Assembly: GCA_016201905.1 (NCBI GenBank)
Contig: JACQBQ010000018.1
Coordinates: 56,667 to 120,666 of the forward strand
Direction: 5' to 3'
Length of the DNA: 64,000 nt
Source of the DNA: Candidatus Melainabacteria bacterium
GTDB taxonomy: Bacteria; Cyanobacteriota; Vampirovibrionia; 2-02-FULL-35-15
Below the pieces are notes generated by a model. That model was not told the DNA's origin. It saw only the letters and a program-made list of their open reading frames with translations, and did no database searches. Both the position numbers and the translations under genes were made by a program. Position 1 is the first letter of the stretch; every line of letters starts with the position of its first letter. This document shows, one piece after another, positions 49,222 to 59,859 of this stretch.

Positions 49222-50142
49222 ATGAAGTTATTTTATAAAAAGAAAAAAATTGTTTGCATACTTTGTTCTTCTTTGCTCCTGTTTTTATACTCGGGCTTAT
49301 ATTTGTCTTATATTGCACAAAGTAACGAACCTCAGGAAGGTGTTGAAAGTGTAAATCAAGAATTAAACTTCGTTGATCCAAAAGAACCTACAATACTTAA
49401 AGGTTATGTTAGCAAGATACCTAGTGGGACAAAGTTAAAAATCATTCTTGAAACCCCTATTGATGAAGTGACAAGCATGATAAATGATGAAGTTACTGCA
49501 AGAACATCTGAAGATATTGTTGTTGATGGAAATGTAGTAGTTCCAGCAAGCAGCACTGTAGTTGGAGAAATATCTGAAATAAATCCAGCCAAAAGGATGC
49601 ATAAAGCAGGTAGCGTAAGAATTGAATTTAAGAACCTTACTGTACCGGATGGCAGGCAAGTTCCTATTGTTGCCAGTGTTTTAACTCGCAGTGGATTGAT
49701 AAAAGGAAAATTTACAAAAAAGACTGCTTTAATATCTGGAGCAACAATTGTTGCTCCAGTTGCAGCTGGAATCGGTGTTGGATTAGCTGCTCAAGGTAGT
49801 GCTGTGGGAGCAGCAATTGGCGCTGCTTTAGGTGCAGTAGCTGGAATAGCTTTGTTTGCTTTTCAACGAGGTAACATGGTCGATATAAAAGCAGGCAATG
49901 AAATGGATATAGAGTTGGTTGAAGAAGCCTTAGTGCCAAACTCACAAAGTAAGCCAGATATTCTGGAGCCAGAAGAAAATAAATTAGATACAGATTCAAG
50001 TGGCAATAAAATTGAAAAACCAAAAATGGATTCTACTGAAATTGATTTTACAGAGCCCAAAGAAATAGAAGTAAAACCACAAGGAAGCCCAAGTTGGGAG
50101 AAAGAGCCTGCAGAATTAAAAGATGGTTCTAAAGATAAATAA
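49222..50142 (+). CDS. Hypothetical exported protein (TrbI/VirB10-like beta fold with a Gly/Ala zipper)
   Basis: IPSGT.L...L, VVVP..S.V.G, I.F..L..PDG, GAAIGA.LG; ATG at 49222. Confidence 0.6.
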   Translation: MKLFYKKKKIVCILCSSLLLFLYSGLYLSYIAQSNEPQEGVESVNQELNFVDPKEPTILKGYVSKIPSGTKLKIILETPIDEVTSMINDEVTARTSEDIVVDGNVVVPASSTVVGEISEINPAKRMHKAGSVRIEFKNLTVPDGRQVPIVASVLTRSGLIKGKFTKKTALISGATIVAPVAAGIGVGLAAQGSAVGAAIGAALGAVAGIALFAFQRGNMVDIKAGNEMDIELVEEALVPNSQSKPDILEPEENKLDTDSSGNKIEKPKMDSTEIDFTEPKEIEVKPQGSPSWEKEPAELKDGSKDK

Positions 50143-50734
50143 TATGGTTGTAAAAAAAAGTGAAAGTGAAAAATCTTATAGTGTTGTTAAACTAAAAGAT
50201 AGACTTGAATACTTGGATAAAGGTATCTTTGAGGATACAAGTGTTGAAAATCCTTTTGATAAGCTAACCTTTCGGGAATATAAAAAAAAATACGAAACTA
50301 AAAATAATGTATTAGGATATTTTTCTTCTTATAATTTTGGATTATTTGTGCTTGTAGTCTTTTTGCTTAGTACAAGTATTCTTTTCAATAGAGTCTTTTT
50401 AGAAAAATTAGATCCAAAAATATTTAAAGTAGCTTTTCGCTCTGTTTCTTTTACAAAAAAAGCTTTTGTTTCATCTTGGAATTTTTTTGTTGATCAAATT
50501 AAAAAGCCATATGTTGTAACTTTGGGTGAGTTTGGCAATTTTGCAATTGCTAAAGAAGAAGCGATTGCAAAATTGCCTAAATTAAGGCAGGTAGATATAA
50601 AACAGTTAAATGGTGGCATTTATACATTTGAAATAGAGAGGTTTGCTTCTAAGGAAAAAGCATACTCTTTAGCCAATGGCTTTATTAAGGATGGCTTTGA
50701 TGCAGTGCATGTACGCTATCTGCCAGATCAATGA
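50123..50734 (+). CDS. Membrane-anchored protein with a SPOR-like C-terminal domain
   Basis: One TM; Y.V.LG.F...A.A and F.SKE.A..LA......G.DA.V. Confidence 0.55.
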   Translation: MVLKINNMVVKKSESEKSYSVVKLKDRLEYLDKGIFEDTSVENPFDKLTFREYKKKYETKNNVLGYFSSYNFGLFVLVVFLLSTSILFNRVFLEKLDPKIFKVAFRSVSFTKKAFVSSWNFFVDQIKKPYVVTLGEFGNFAIAKEEAIAKLPKLRQVDIKQLNGGIYTFEIERFASKEKAYSLANGFIKDGFDAVHVRYLPDQ

Positions 50735-51470
50735 TTTTTGCGAATTCTTCAAACTTTAAGCTGGCCCCTCCAACAAGTCCACCATCAATGTCAGGATATT
50801 TAATGTGTTCACTAAAATTATCTGATTTTATACTTCCACCATATAATATCCTCACCTTTTCTGAAACTATATTTGTGCTTAATTCTTTAATAGTCTCCCG
50901 AATCATTTTTACTATTTTGTTTGCGTCTTCACCACTGCAAATTTTCCCAGTACCTATAGCCCAGATTGGTTCATAAGCGACTATTATTTTTTCAAGATCA
51001 ATTTTACTTAGATCCTTCAGTCCTGCCAAAATTTGTCTTTTTACCCATTCTTCTGCTTTACCACTTTCTCTGACTTTTAAATCTTCACCAACACAGAAAA
51101 TAGGTGTAAAACTAAACTTAAGAGCTGATTTTATTTTTAAATTAATGTCACTGTCTGTTTCATGAAAATATTGTCTTCTTTCACTGTGACCAACAATAAC
51201 CATATTTACGTGTAAGTCAGTTAGCATTTCGGGTGAAATTTCACCAGTGTAAGCACCATTTTCTTTATGAAACATATTTTGAGCACAGATGTGAATGTTA
51301 CTACCTTTTAATATGTTAACTAGTGTTAAAAGATAAACATAAGGTGGACAAATAGCAACCTCCACAGCGCTTTTTGTTTTTACCTGGTTTTTTAATTTGA
51401 AAACTAAGTCCTGGGCATCAGCTAGGCTTAAGTTCATTTTCCAGTTTCCAATAATTATTTTTTTTCTCAT
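50685..51470 (-). CDS. tpiA: Triosephosphate isomerase
   Basis: GNWKMN, GHSERR, AYEPIWAIGTG, LYGGS, LVGGASL. Confidence 0.97.
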   Translation of the reverse strand: MRKKIIIGNWKMNLSLADAQDLVFKLKNQVKTKSAVEVAICPPYVYLLTLVNILKGSNIHICAQNMFHKENGAYTGEISPEMLTDLHVNMVIVGHSERRQYFHETDSDINLKIKSALKFSFTPIFCVGEDLKVRESGKAEEWVKRQILAGLKDLSKIDLEKIIVAYEPIWAIGTGKICSGEDANKIVKMIRETIKELSTNIVSEKVRILYGGSIKSDNFSEHIKYPDIDGGLVGGASLKFEEFAKIIDLADSVHALHQSHP

Positions 51471-51529
51471 TTTTTTTATGCTAACTTTAAGTTAATTTAT
51501 TATATAATACTTTTCAAAGTTTGTGAAAA

Positions 51530-51748
51530 ATGAAAAAAGAATACAAAATACAATTAAATAACATTATAAGTGAGCTTTCGTATTTTTTAGAAAGAGACTT
51601 TTCCTCACAGTTTAGAAATCTTTCAAACAAAGAAGATAGACAATTGTTTTTTCTTGCAAAAATATTAACGAGATTGAAGAAATTATCCAGAAATATGAGT
51701 GATGAAGAAAAGATTTTACTTTTTCCTCCTCTAATAACGAAATCATAA
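51530..51748 (+). CDS. Small hypothetical protein
   Basis: 72-aa ORF filling the gap between tpiA and the GT9 gene. Confidence 0.5.
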   Translation: MKKEYKIQLNNIISELSYFLERDFSSQFRNLSNKEDRQLFFLAKILTRLKKLSRNMSDEEKILLFPPLITKS

Positions 51749-51755
51749 GTTTATA

Positions 51756-52832
51756 CTAAGTGGCTTTTGTCAAGTTCAATTGTCTGTTTATTGCATCTAG
51801 CATCATTTCAGGTGTTACATCTAAGCAGACAGGTGTTGAGCAGGATTCCTTTCTTGTATCAAACAAACAAGGCCGACATGCCAGATCCCTTGCGTGTACT
51901 GAAATAAATTTTGGATCGCATGGAAGTAATTTTTGTGGATCAGTCGGACCAAAAAATGCAACAAGTTTTTTACCGAGCGCTACCGCAAGGTGCATAGGAG
52001 CTGAATCTACACAAACTAAAAGGTCAGAAGAACTTATTAGTGCTCCAAGTCGCTCTGTGGATATATCTAATGTACTTAAATCAAAATAATTTTTCGGCCT
52101 TGCAAAAAAACTTAGTTTTTTATGGATCTCAGCAATTGTATCAAGATCATTTTTTCCTCCAAGAAGGATTACAGCGTTATCAGAATTTTCCAATAATTTT
52201 TCTATTAATAATGCCCAGTTTTTAGGTGCCCAGTTTTTTAATATATTTTTTTGAATACTTAATTTGCTGACTCCTGGATGAATGAAAATCTTTTTTGCAT
52301 AATATCTGTCCTTTATTCTTGGATTTAATATTTCTCTAGCCCACTGAATCGTATCTGGATTTAATTTAATTTCTGGTGCTAAATCTGATTGTTTAATTAA
52401 CTCATTTACTTCTGGGATTATTGGTGATAAAAGTTCTGCGAACATGTTTGCAGCATATTGTTTAGTATTTAGCCTTACAGTATGCGTTAAAAATAAGCGA
52501 CTAAAAAGTCCTCTATAAAAACCAACTTTCATTTCAGCATCACTTAAATATGCTGTAAAGTTAGCTTTATATGATGAGCCTGTTAAAATAAGAAATTTAT
52601 ATGGGCGTTTTCTAATTAGTTCTCTAAGTTTTAAAATATTTAATTTTTTTTCTTTAAAATCAAATTCTCTAATTTTTCTATATAAATTTGTAAGTTCACC
52701 TATGCATGAGCTTCGTGGTTCTGTAATTAAATCTATTTCACAGTCAGGAAATTTTTGCTTTAAGAGTTTAACAGCAGGTAATAATAATATTTGATCTCCA
52801 ATACCACCTGGGTTAATGAATAGTGCTCTCAT
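51756..52832 (-). CDS. Glycosyltransferase family 9 (heptosyltransferase-like)
   Basis: GIGD.IL, HPG.S, K.W, DSAPMHLA.A, FGPT.P, C.PC. Confidence 0.9.
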   Translation of the reverse strand: MRALFINPGGIGDQILLLPAVKLLKQKFPDCEIDLITEPRSSCIGELTNLYRKIREFDFKEKKLNILKLRELIRKRPYKFLILTGSSYKANFTAYLSDAEMKVGFYRGLFSRLFLTHTVRLNTKQYAANMFAELLSPIIPEVNELIKQSDLAPEIKLNPDTIQWAREILNPRIKDRYYAKKIFIHPGVSKLSIQKNILKNWAPKNWALLIEKLLENSDNAVILLGGKNDLDTIAEIHKKLSFFARPKNYFDLSTLDISTERLGALISSSDLLVCVDSAPMHLAVALGKKLVAFFGPTDPQKLLPCDPKFISVHARDLACRPCLFDTRKESCSTPVCLDVTPEMMLDAINRQLNLTKAT

Positions 52833-52882
52833 ATACTTATTTAATTCTCTCTTTATCTTTCACAAATTATTTTTACAACGAT

Positions 52883-52996
52883 GTAGAGACGATATAAATC
52901 GCGTCTCTACCTATTTTACTTGTCCATGTTGTAATCAGTTAACAACGTCTCTACACTTCTACATTATCATGTTCTTGAGGGTAAATAGAGACGTTG
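52883..52996. repeat. Cluster of GTAGAGACG...CGTCTCTAC REP-like palindromes
   Basis: Full unit at 52883-52910; CAACGTCTCTA (52943-52953) and its exact inverse TAGAGACGTTG (52986-52996). Confidence 0.75.
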
Positions 52997-53083
52997 ACCA
53001 AAATATCATTGATGGGTAGAATTAACCTTTGCATCTTTAAATATGATTGCACAAACAATAATAATTAAAGCTAATTATAAAAA

Positions 53084-53746
53084 ATGCCGAAATCAAGCAC
53101 ACAAAATTTGGATGAAAAAAATAAGGATTTTAAGCTACCCGATCTGTTTAAAAGTTTAAAACCCAATACTCATTTATTACATTTATCAGTTTTAAGACAA
53201 TTAGCTAACCAGAGAGCTGGTACAGCATCTACCAAAACCAAAGGGGAAGTTCGCGGCGGCGGCAAAAAACCTTGGAAACAAAAAGGTACAGGTAGGGCAA
53301 GGGCAGGCTCTATAAGATCTCCATTATGGGTTGGCGGAGGTATAACTTTTGGTCCAAAACCAAGGACTTATAATATTAACCTTCCTAAAAAAGCCAGGAA
53401 TTTGGCAATTGCTCAAGCACTGGTATCAAAATCAGATAATGTAGTTCTGTTAAAAAGCTTACCAGTATTAAAGGAGATTAAAACCAAAGAACTGCTTTCA
53501 CAGCTTAAATCCATGGGTGATTTAAAAGCACCGATTTTATTTATAGCTGATTCAAGTGAAGCTGACTTCATAAAAGTAAAGAAAGCGTCAAATAATTTAC
53601 AGGATGTAGTTTTTACTGACCAAAAAGTTGTAGGAACTTTTGAGATTCTTAAGTCTAATACAATTTTAATAACACAGCATGCAATGACTGAGCTTGAAAA
53701 AAGGTTTTCAAAGCTTCTAAAACGTGGAAGTACAAAGGTAACGTAA
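53084..53746 (+). CDS. rplD: 50S ribosomal protein L4
   Basis: GTASTKT.GEVRGGG.KPW.QKGTGRARAGS.RSP. Confidence 0.97.
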   Translation: MPKSSTQNLDEKNKDFKLPDLFKSLKPNTHLLHLSVLRQLANQRAGTASTKTKGEVRGGGKKPWKQKGTGRARAGSIRSPLWVGGGITFGPKPRTYNINLPKKARNLAIAQALVSKSDNVVLLKSLPVLKEIKTKELLSQLKSMGDLKAPILFIADSSEADFIKVKKASNNLQDVVFTDQKVVGTFEILKSNTILITQHAMTELEKRFSKLLKRGSTKVT

Positions 53747-53750
53747 AAAA

Positions 53751-54044
53751 ATGAGTGGAAATTTGTCAAATATATTATTAGAACCAATTATTACAGAGAA
53801 GAGTACTGCCTTAAGTCAGCACGATAAGTATACTTTTAAGGTTGCCAAGGATGCTACAAAATCCAGTATTAAAAAAGCTTTTCAGGAGATATTCCCTGAT
53901 AAAAAAGTTTTATCAGTAAAAACATTAATTGTAAGGGGACATAAGAGACGAACTAAATATGGACATTCATTGCCAAAGGATGGTAAAAAGGCAGTTGTAA
54001 CTGCAAGTGGTTCAAAAATTACATATTTCCCGGAGGTTTCATAG
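53751..54044 (+). CDS. rplW: 50S ribosomal protein L23
   Basis: PIITEKS, YTFKV...ATK..IK, KKAVVT. Confidence 0.93.
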   Translation: MSGNLSNILLEPIITEKSTALSQHDKYTFKVAKDATKSSIKKAFQEIFPDKKVLSVKTLIVRGHKRRTKYGHSLPKDGKKAVVTASGSKITYFPEVS

Positions 54045-54100
54045 ATAAAAGGTCGAGGTGGGAATTAAGAATTGAGAATTAAGAGGTTGAAAAATAAATT

Positions 54101-54925
54101 ATGCCAGTAAAAGAAAGAAGACCAATTACACCTGGACAACGTGGAATGAGCTTTATTGATTTTAGTGAGATAACTAAATCAAAGCCTGAAAAAAAATTAC
54201 TTAAATCATATAGAAGGATATCAGGCAGAAATAATCAAGGAAGAATTACTACAAGACATAGAGGTGGTGGACATAAAAAGCAGTATAGAATAATTGATTT
54301 TTTAAGAAATAAAGATAATGTCCCAGCAAAAGTAATTGCTATTGAATACGATCCAAATAGAAATTGTAGAATTGCATTACTGTCATACAGTGATGGCGAG
54401 AAGAAATATATACTGGCTCCAAACGGACTAAAAGTAAATGATGTAGTAATGTCTGGTGAGAGTGTAGAACAAAAAGTTGGCAATGCTCTGCCTATTAGAA
54501 ACATTACCGTTGGTGAGTTTATCCATAATGTTGAATTAAAACCTGGAGCAGGTGGACAGCTTGCCAGATCAGCAGGTGCAGCTTCACAGCTTCTGGCAAA
54601 AGAAGGCGAGCTTGCAACACTCAGGCTACCTTCTGGTGAAATGAGAAGAGTTAGTAGTAACTGTAGAGCTACACTAGGACAGCTTGGTAATTTAGATCAG
54701 CTAAATGTTCAGCTTGGAAAAGCAGGACGTAAGCGTTATTTAGGGATCAGACCTACCGTCAGAGGCTCTGCTATGAATCCTGTAGACCATCCGCATGGAG
54801 GCGGAGAAGGCAGAAGTCCTATTGGTGGACAGCCAAAGACTCCTTGGGGAAAACCAGCCATGGGACTTAAGTCCAGGAAACCGAAGCAGTCAGATAAGTA
54901 TATTATTTCAAGGAGAAAGAAATAA
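54101..54925 (+). CDS. rplB: 50S ribosomal protein L2
   Basis: [30 protein letters not shown]. Confidence 0.98.
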   Translation: MPVKERRPITPGQRGMSFIDFSEITKSKPEKKLLKSYRRISGRNNQGRITTRHRGGGHKKQYRIIDFLRNKDNVPAKVIAIEYDPNRNCRIALLSYSDGEKKYILAPNGLKVNDVVMSGESVEQKVGNALPIRNITVGEFIHNVELKPGAGGQLARSAGAASQLLAKEGELATLRLPSGEMRRVSSNCRATLGQLGNLDQLNVQLGKAGRKRYLGIRPTVRGSAMNPVDHPHGGGEGRSPIGGQPKTPWGKPAMGLKSRKPKQSDKYIISRRKK

Positions 54926-54928
54926 ACA

Positions 54929-55255
54929 ATGGGCAGATCACTAAAAAAAGGTCCTTATGTTCATCCTTCACTAATAAATAAAGTTAATGAAATGAATAAA
55001 TTGGGGAAAAAGCAAGTAATTAAAACTTGGAAACGCGCTTCTATGATTGTGCCTGAGATGATTGGACACACAATTGCAGTTCATAATGGCAGGAAATTTG
55101 TTCCTGTTTATATTACCGAACAAATGATTGGTCATAGGCTAGGCGAGTTTTCGATTTCAAGATATTTTAGAGCTCACTCTGGTATTGCTAAAAAGGATGA
55201 AGCTGGAGCAGGTGCTGCACCAGCCCAGGCAAGTGCCTCTGAGGGTAAAAAATAA
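54929..55255 (+). CDS. rpsS: 30S ribosomal protein S19
   Basis: RSLKKGP, IAVHNG, GHRLGEF. Confidence 0.97.
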   Translation: MGRSLKKGPYVHPSLINKVNEMNKLGKKQVIKTWKRASMIVPEMIGHTIAVHNGRKFVPVYITEQMIGHRLGEFSISRYFRAHSGIAKKDEAGAGAAPAQASASEGKK

Positions 55256-55263
55256 AGGATAAA

Positions 55264-55845
55264 ATGGCAAAAGCAGTTGCAAAATTTATAAGAATGTCAC
55301 CTCGGAAATTGAGAAGAGTAATCAATGTTATTCGTGGTAAAGATACAGGCAGTGCAAAAACAATTTTAAAGTTTATGCCTTATAGTGCAGCGCGTGTCGT
55401 TGAAAAGGTTTTAACATCTGCAATTTCAAATGCAAAAGAAAATGAGAAACAAAATCCTGAAGAATTAAGAATTACTAAAGCTTATGTTGATCAGTCAGCT
55501 ACTTTACGTCGCTGGAGAGCAATGTCAAGAGGTAGAGGTTTTCCTATTTTAAAAAGAATGAGTCATGTAACCTTAGAGGTTAATCATGATCCTGATCTGG
55601 CTGAACGTAGATCTAAAATGCCAGGAAAATCCACAGTTCATAAAACAGTAGAGCACAAACATGATCATAAACACGATCATAAGCATGATCACGCGCATCA
55701 TGATGAGCATGAACATGAGAAGAAAGAAGCTAAAACAACTCATAAGCAACCCAAGACAAAAGAAGTTAAAGAAATTAAGGATAAAGTAGAAAAAACAAAA
55801 GAACCTAAGAAGAAAAAAGAAAATAAGGAGAAGAAAGAGAAATAA
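55264..55845 (+). CDS. rplV: 50S ribosomal protein L22 with a His/Lys-rich C-terminal extension
   Basis: RMSPRK.R.V...IRGK, SA..NA, SH.T..V, then HKHD repeats. Confidence 0.95.
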   Translation: MAKAVAKFIRMSPRKLRRVINVIRGKDTGSAKTILKFMPYSAARVVEKVLTSAISNAKENEKQNPEELRITKAYVDQSATLRRWRAMSRGRGFPILKRMSHVTLEVNHDPDLAERRSKMPGKSTVHKTVEHKHDHKHDHKHDHAHHDEHEHEKKEAKTTHKQPKTKEVKEIKDKVEKTKEPKKKKENKEKKEK

Positions 55846-55846
55846 A

Positions 55847-56593
55847 ATGGGTCAAAAAGTACATCCAAAAGGTTTTAGATTAGGCATTATCCAGACATGG
55901 GATTCTCAGTGGTATGCCCCACCCAAGTATTATTCAGATTTAGTATTAGAAGATAGACTGATTCGTGAACACATAAAAAGAAAACTTTTTAATGCAGGGA
56001 TTAGTAAAATTGAAATCTGGAGAAAAGCTCAATTAATTCAAATTAATATTCATTCTGTAAGACCAGGCATTGTAGTAGGTAAGGGTGGGCAAGGCTTAGA
56101 GACTCTGCGAAATGAAATAATGAATTTAATTAACAGAAAAGATGTCGTTGTTCAGACCAATGTTATAGAAGTTACAAAAGCAGACTTAGATTCTCAGCTT
56201 ACAAGTGAGGCAATTGCTCAGCAGTTGGAACGCAGAGTAGCTTTTCGAAAAGCAATGAAACAGGCAATGCAAAGAGCTATGCGTGCAGGTGCAAAAGGTA
56301 TAAAGGTAATGGTTTCTGGACGTTTAGGTGGAAATGATATAGCGAGAACCGAGTGGTTAAGAGAAGGTGCTATACCACTTCATACTCTTAGAGCTGATAT
56401 TGATTATGGATTTGCAATTGCTAAAACAATTTTTGGTGTAATTGGTGTGAAGACATGGATATACAGAGGATTAGTTCCTCCTGGAGAAATGGTTCAAAGG
56501 AATGTAAAGCCAGTTTCTAACTTAAATTTGGAAGAAGATGAAATAGGTCAAGGACAAAGAAAGAAAAAAAGAAGAAGGGATAATAAGGAGTAA
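55847..56593 (+). CDS. rpsC: 30S ribosomal protein S3
   Basis: [23 protein letters not shown]. Confidence 0.98.
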   Translation: MGQKVHPKGFRLGIIQTWDSQWYAPPKYYSDLVLEDRLIREHIKRKLFNAGISKIEIWRKAQLIQINIHSVRPGIVVGKGGQGLETLRNEIMNLINRKDVVVQTNVIEVTKADLDSQLTSEAIAQQLERRVAFRKAMKQAMQRAMRAGAKGIKVMVSGRLGGNDIARTEWLREGAIPLHTLRADIDYGFAIAKTIFGVIGVKTWIYRGLVPPGEMVQRNVKPVSNLNLEEDEIGQGQRKKKRRRDNKE

Positions 56594-56596
56594 AAA

Positions 56597-57019
56597 TTGC
56601 TAGTACCAAGACAGACAAAATTTAGAAAACAAATGCGCGGGCGTATGACTGGAAAAGAGTCACGGGGTGTAAGACTTCATTATGGAGAATATGGTCTACA
56701 GGCATTGCAGCCAGCTTGGGTTTCATCCAGGCAATTAGAAGCTGCCAGAAAAGCAATGGTGCGAAGTATTAAAAGGGGTGGCAAAATCTGGATTATGGTT
56801 TTTCCAGATAAACCAGTTACAAAAAAACCTGCTGAGGTAAGAATGGGTTCTGGCAAAGGTAATCCCGAATTTTGGGTTACTGTAGTTAGACCAGGTCGTA
56901 TTCTTTTTGAGATGACAGGCGTTCCGCAAGATATAGCAGTTGAATCATTAAAGCTTGCATCACACAAGCTCCCGATCAGGTGCCGTATTATTCAGAAAGA
57001 GGAACACGTAAAAGGATAG
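56597..57019 (+). CDS. rplP: 50S ribosomal protein L16
   Basis: [21 protein letters not shown]. Confidence 0.98.
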   Translation: MLVPRQTKFRKQMRGRMTGKESRGVRLHYGEYGLQALQPAWVSSRQLEAARKAMVRSIKRGGKIWIMVFPDKPVTKKPAEVRMGSGKGNPEFWVTVVRPGRILFEMTGVPQDIAVESLKLASHKLPIRCRIIQKEEHVKG

Positions 57020-57022
57020 GTT

Positions 57023-57376
57023 ATGTTGAAGTTGGTTGAAATAAAAGATTTATCACGAGGTGAGATTGTTGATCAATTAAAAAAATCACGTCTTGAACTC
57101 GTTGATTTGCGAATGAAATTTATAAGCAGACAGTTAGAAGATCCCTCGCTTATAAAAAAGAAAAGAAAAGAAATAGCCAGACTTCTTACGATTGAAACTC
57201 AAAAACAAAGTGATAAAGATCAAAAGTTGGAAAGTAAACCTGCAAAGAGTCTAAAGAATAAAAAAGAAAAAGAAATAATTGAAAAGAAAGTCGAAGAGAA
57301 AAAAGTAGAGAAGAAAACTAAAAAGGTAAAAAGTGTTGGGAAGAAAGGTTTAAAGAAGGAAGAAGAAAATGCCTAA
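57023..57376 (+). CDS. rpmC: 50S ribosomal protein L29 with a Lys-rich extension
   Basis: EL..LR......QL..P..I...RKEIAR..T; position in the operon. Confidence 0.9.
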   Translation: MLKLVEIKDLSRGEIVDQLKKSRLELVDLRMKFISRQLEDPSLIKKKRKEIARLLTIETQKQSDKDQKLESKPAKSLKNKKEKEIIEKKVEEKKVEKKTKKVKSVGKKGLKKEEENA

Positions 57377-57614
57377 AAAGGTACTAAAAGGAAGAGTAGT
57401 AAGTAATAAGATGGATAAGACCATTGTGGTTGCTGTTGAAAACAGGAGTCCTCATCCAAAATATAGAAAAATGGTAGCAAGAACCAAAAAATTCAAAGCA
57501 CATGATGAATCAAATCAATGCAATATTGGTGATCTGGTAGAAATTTTAGAGCACACACCAATAAGCAAAACCAAAAAGTGGTTATTAAAAGAAGTATTAG
57601 TTAAAGCTGATTAA
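57369..57614 (+). CDS. rpsQ: 30S ribosomal protein S17
   Basis: [24 protein letters not shown]. Confidence 0.97.
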   Translation: MPKKVLKGRVVSNKMDKTIVVAVENRSPHPKYRKMVARTKKFKAHDESNQCNIGDLVEILEHTPISKTKKWLLKEVLVKAD

Positions 57615-57625
57615 AGGGAGATGAA

Positions 57626-57994
57626 GTGATACAACAAGAAACAAAATTAGAAGTAGCAGATAATACAGGTGCCAAAAAAGTACAGTGCATCCGGGTATTA
57701 AAAGGTGGTAATGCTCGCTATGCAGGTGTTGGAGATCTTATTATTGGTGTTGTAAAGGATGCATTACCAAATATGCCTGTAAAAGAACATGAAATTGTAA
57801 GGTGTGTAATCGTCAGAACAAAAAAAACTTTAAGCAGAAATGATGGAAGTAAAATCAGGTTTGATGAAAATGCTGTAGTAATAATCGATAAACAAAACAA
57901 CCCAAGAGGAACACGTGTATTTGGACCAGTCGCAAGAGAGTTGAGAGAAAAGCAATTTATGAAAATTATTTCATTGGCACCGGAGGTATTATAA
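57626..57994 (+). CDS. rplN: 50S ribosomal protein L14
   Basis: [33 protein letters not shown]. Confidence 0.98.
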   Translation: MIQQETKLEVADNTGAKKVQCIRVLKGGNARYAGVGDLIIGVVKDALPNMPVKEHEIVRCVIVRTKKTLSRNDGSKIRFDENAVVIIDKQNNPRGTRVFGPVARELREKQFMKIISLAPEVL

Positions 57995-58013
57995 AAACTA
58001 AGGACTAATAAAA

Positions 58014-58478
58014 ATGAGTGAAACATATATAAAAATAAACAATAAAAATAAAAAGAATAGATTAATCTATTCAAATGCACCGATTAGTGGACGTCCAAAA
58101 AAAGATGGATTTTATATTGTTTCAAGAGCATTCTTACAACAAGGTGCTACAAACCCAAGGGTTAAACTGCATGTTAAAAGAGGCGATACGGTAATGGTTA
58201 TGTCAGGAGAGGATAAAGGCAAGACAGGTAAAGTTATAGCAGCTTTTCCATGTGAAGGGAAAGTAATCGTTGAAAACGTAAATATGATTAAAAAACATCA
58301 AAAATCTAGAGGTGTAGGTCGAGCAGGTGAAATAATTGAAAAAGAAGCTCCAATTTTTGCGTCAAAAGTAATGGTATATGATTCAGCAAAGAAAAAACCC
58401 ACCAGGCTTGGACGTAAAGTTCTAAAAGATGGAAAGAAAGTTCGTATTTCAAAGGTAAGCGGTGAACAAATTGATTAA
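58014..58478 (+). CDS. rplX: 50S ribosomal protein L24 with an N-terminal extension
   Basis: HVKRGDTV.V.SG.DKGK.G, EKEAPI.ASKV. Confidence 0.95.
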   Translation: MSETYIKINNKNKKNRLIYSNAPISGRPKKDGFYIVSRAFLQQGATNPRVKLHVKRGDTVMVMSGEDKGKTGKVIAAFPCEGKVIVENVNMIKKHQKSRGVGRAGEIIEKEAPIFASKVMVYDSAKKKPTRLGRKVLKDGKKVRISKVSGEQID

Positions 58479-58494
58479 GTCGTAGGGTACAAAA

Positions 58495-59049
58495 ATGAAA
58501 AAGAATTTAAGAGAAAGATTTAAAACAGAAATTATAAATGAACTGATGAAAAAGCTTGGTTGCGAAAATATTCTTCAAGTACCAGCCTTAGAGAAAATTG
58601 TTGTAAATATGGGTATGGGTGAAGCTATGTCGGACTCTAAGTACTTAGATGGTGGCCTTGAAAACTTAAAGATGATCACAGGACAAAAGCCAGTTATAAC
58701 GAGAGCAAAAAAATCTATAGCTACTTATAAAATTAGGCAAGGTGGACCTGTTGGGTGTATGGTTACTTTAAGAGGTCAAAGGATGTATGATTTCTTTAGT
58801 AAACTAGTTAACTTTATCCTTCCCAGGCTAAGAGATTTTAGAGGGGTATCTCCAAAAAGTTTTGATGGAAGAGGAAATTATAATTTAGGCTTAAAAGAAC
58901 AAATTGTTTTCCCTGAAATAAACTATGACAAAATTGACAATGTTAGGGGTATGGATATTGCTTTTGTAACTACTGCAAAATCAGATGAAGAAGCAAAAAC
59001 GCTTTTAAGTGCTTTGGGAATGCCCTTTAGGAAGCAGGGTGGGAATTAA
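58495..59049 (+). CDS. rplE: 50S ribosomal protein L5
   Basis: KIVVNMG.GE, ITGQKP, RDFRG...KSFDGRGNY. Confidence 0.98.
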   Translation: MKKNLRERFKTEIINELMKKLGCENILQVPALEKIVVNMGMGEAMSDSKYLDGGLENLKMITGQKPVITRAKKSIATYKIRQGGPVGCMVTLRGQRMYDFFSKLVNFILPRLRDFRGVSPKSFDGRGNYNLGLKEQIVFPEINYDKIDNVRGMDIAFVTTAKSDEEAKTLLSALGMPFRKQGGN

Positions 59050-59106
59050 CTATGCGAGGGAGCAAAAAACTAGTAATGCGGAATGAAAAATCCCTGCATT
59101 TATTAT

Positions 59107-59178
59107 GCGGGTGTAATTCAGTGGTAGAATGCAAGCTTCCCAAGCTTGACGTCGCGGGTTCGAACCCCGTCGCCCGCT
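59107..59178 (+). tRNA. tRNA-Gly(CCC), CCA not encoded
   Basis: GCGGGTGTAATTCAGTGGTAGAATGCAAGCTT-CCC-AAGCTTGACGTCGCGGGTTCGAACCCCGTCGCCCGCT folds as a cloverleaf. Confidence 0.95.
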
Positions 59179-59202
59179 TAGGAAAAGGAGTATAAAACGA
59201 AA

Positions 59203-59409
59203 ATGGCAAAGCTTTGTATGATAGAAAGAGAAAGAAAGAAAAGGATACTAGTCGCTAAAGGCAAATATCCAAAAATAGGATTACATAATCGTTGTAGAAA
59301 ATGTGGTCGTTCAAGAGGCTATTATAGGGACTTTGGTCTTTGCAGATTGTGCTTGAGAGCCATGGCACACCTTGGATTATTGCCAGGTGTTACAAAGGCA
59401 AGTTGGTAA
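59203..59409 (+). CDS. rpsN: 30S ribosomal protein S14 (short Zn-binding type)
   Basis: [25 protein letters not shown]. Confidence 0.95.
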   Translation: MAKLCMIERERKKRILVAKGKYPKIGLHNRCRKCGRSRGYYRDFGLCRLCLRAMAHLGLLPGVTKASW

Positions 59410-59441
59410 GGAAAAAAAACAAAGAAGAGGAAATCTATTAA

Positions 59442-59846
59442 ATGTCTAATACTGATCCAATAAGTGATATGTTAACAAGAATACGAAATGCAATTAAAGC
59501 AACACATGAAAGTGTTGAGATTCCAGCTTCTAAGTTAAAGATTAGAATTGCGGAAGTTCTAAAAAAGGAAGGTTATATTAGCTCATATGAAGTTGTTGAG
59601 GCAGATGATAAAGTAAAAAGAAAACTTAAAATATTTTTAAAATATGGACCAAGGGGTGAAAAACTAATTACCAGCATTAAAAAGATCTCTACTCCTGGGT
59701 TAAGAGTTTATTCAAAGTCAAAATATGCACCTCGTGTTCTAGATGGACTTGGCATATCAATTCTTACAACAAGTAAGGGACTAATGAGTGATCGTCAGGC
59801 AAGAAAAGAAAAAGTAGGTGGAGAAGTGCTTTGCCAGCTATGGTAA
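59442..59846 (+). CDS. rpsH: 30S ribosomal protein S8
   Basis: DPISDMLTRIRNA, S.PGLRVY, VGGEVLC. Confidence 0.98.
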   Translation: MSNTDPISDMLTRIRNAIKATHESVEIPASKLKIRIAEVLKKEGYISSYEVVEADDKVKRKLKIFLKYGPRGEKLITSIKKISTPGLRVYSKSKYAPRVLDGLGISILTTSKGLMSDRQARKEKVGGEVLCQLW

Positions 59847-59859
59847 GTTAAAGGAAACA

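Noticed and set aside
54062-54082. GAATT(A/G)A heptamer x3 between rplW and rplB
   Set aside because: Short low-complexity repeat with no evident function
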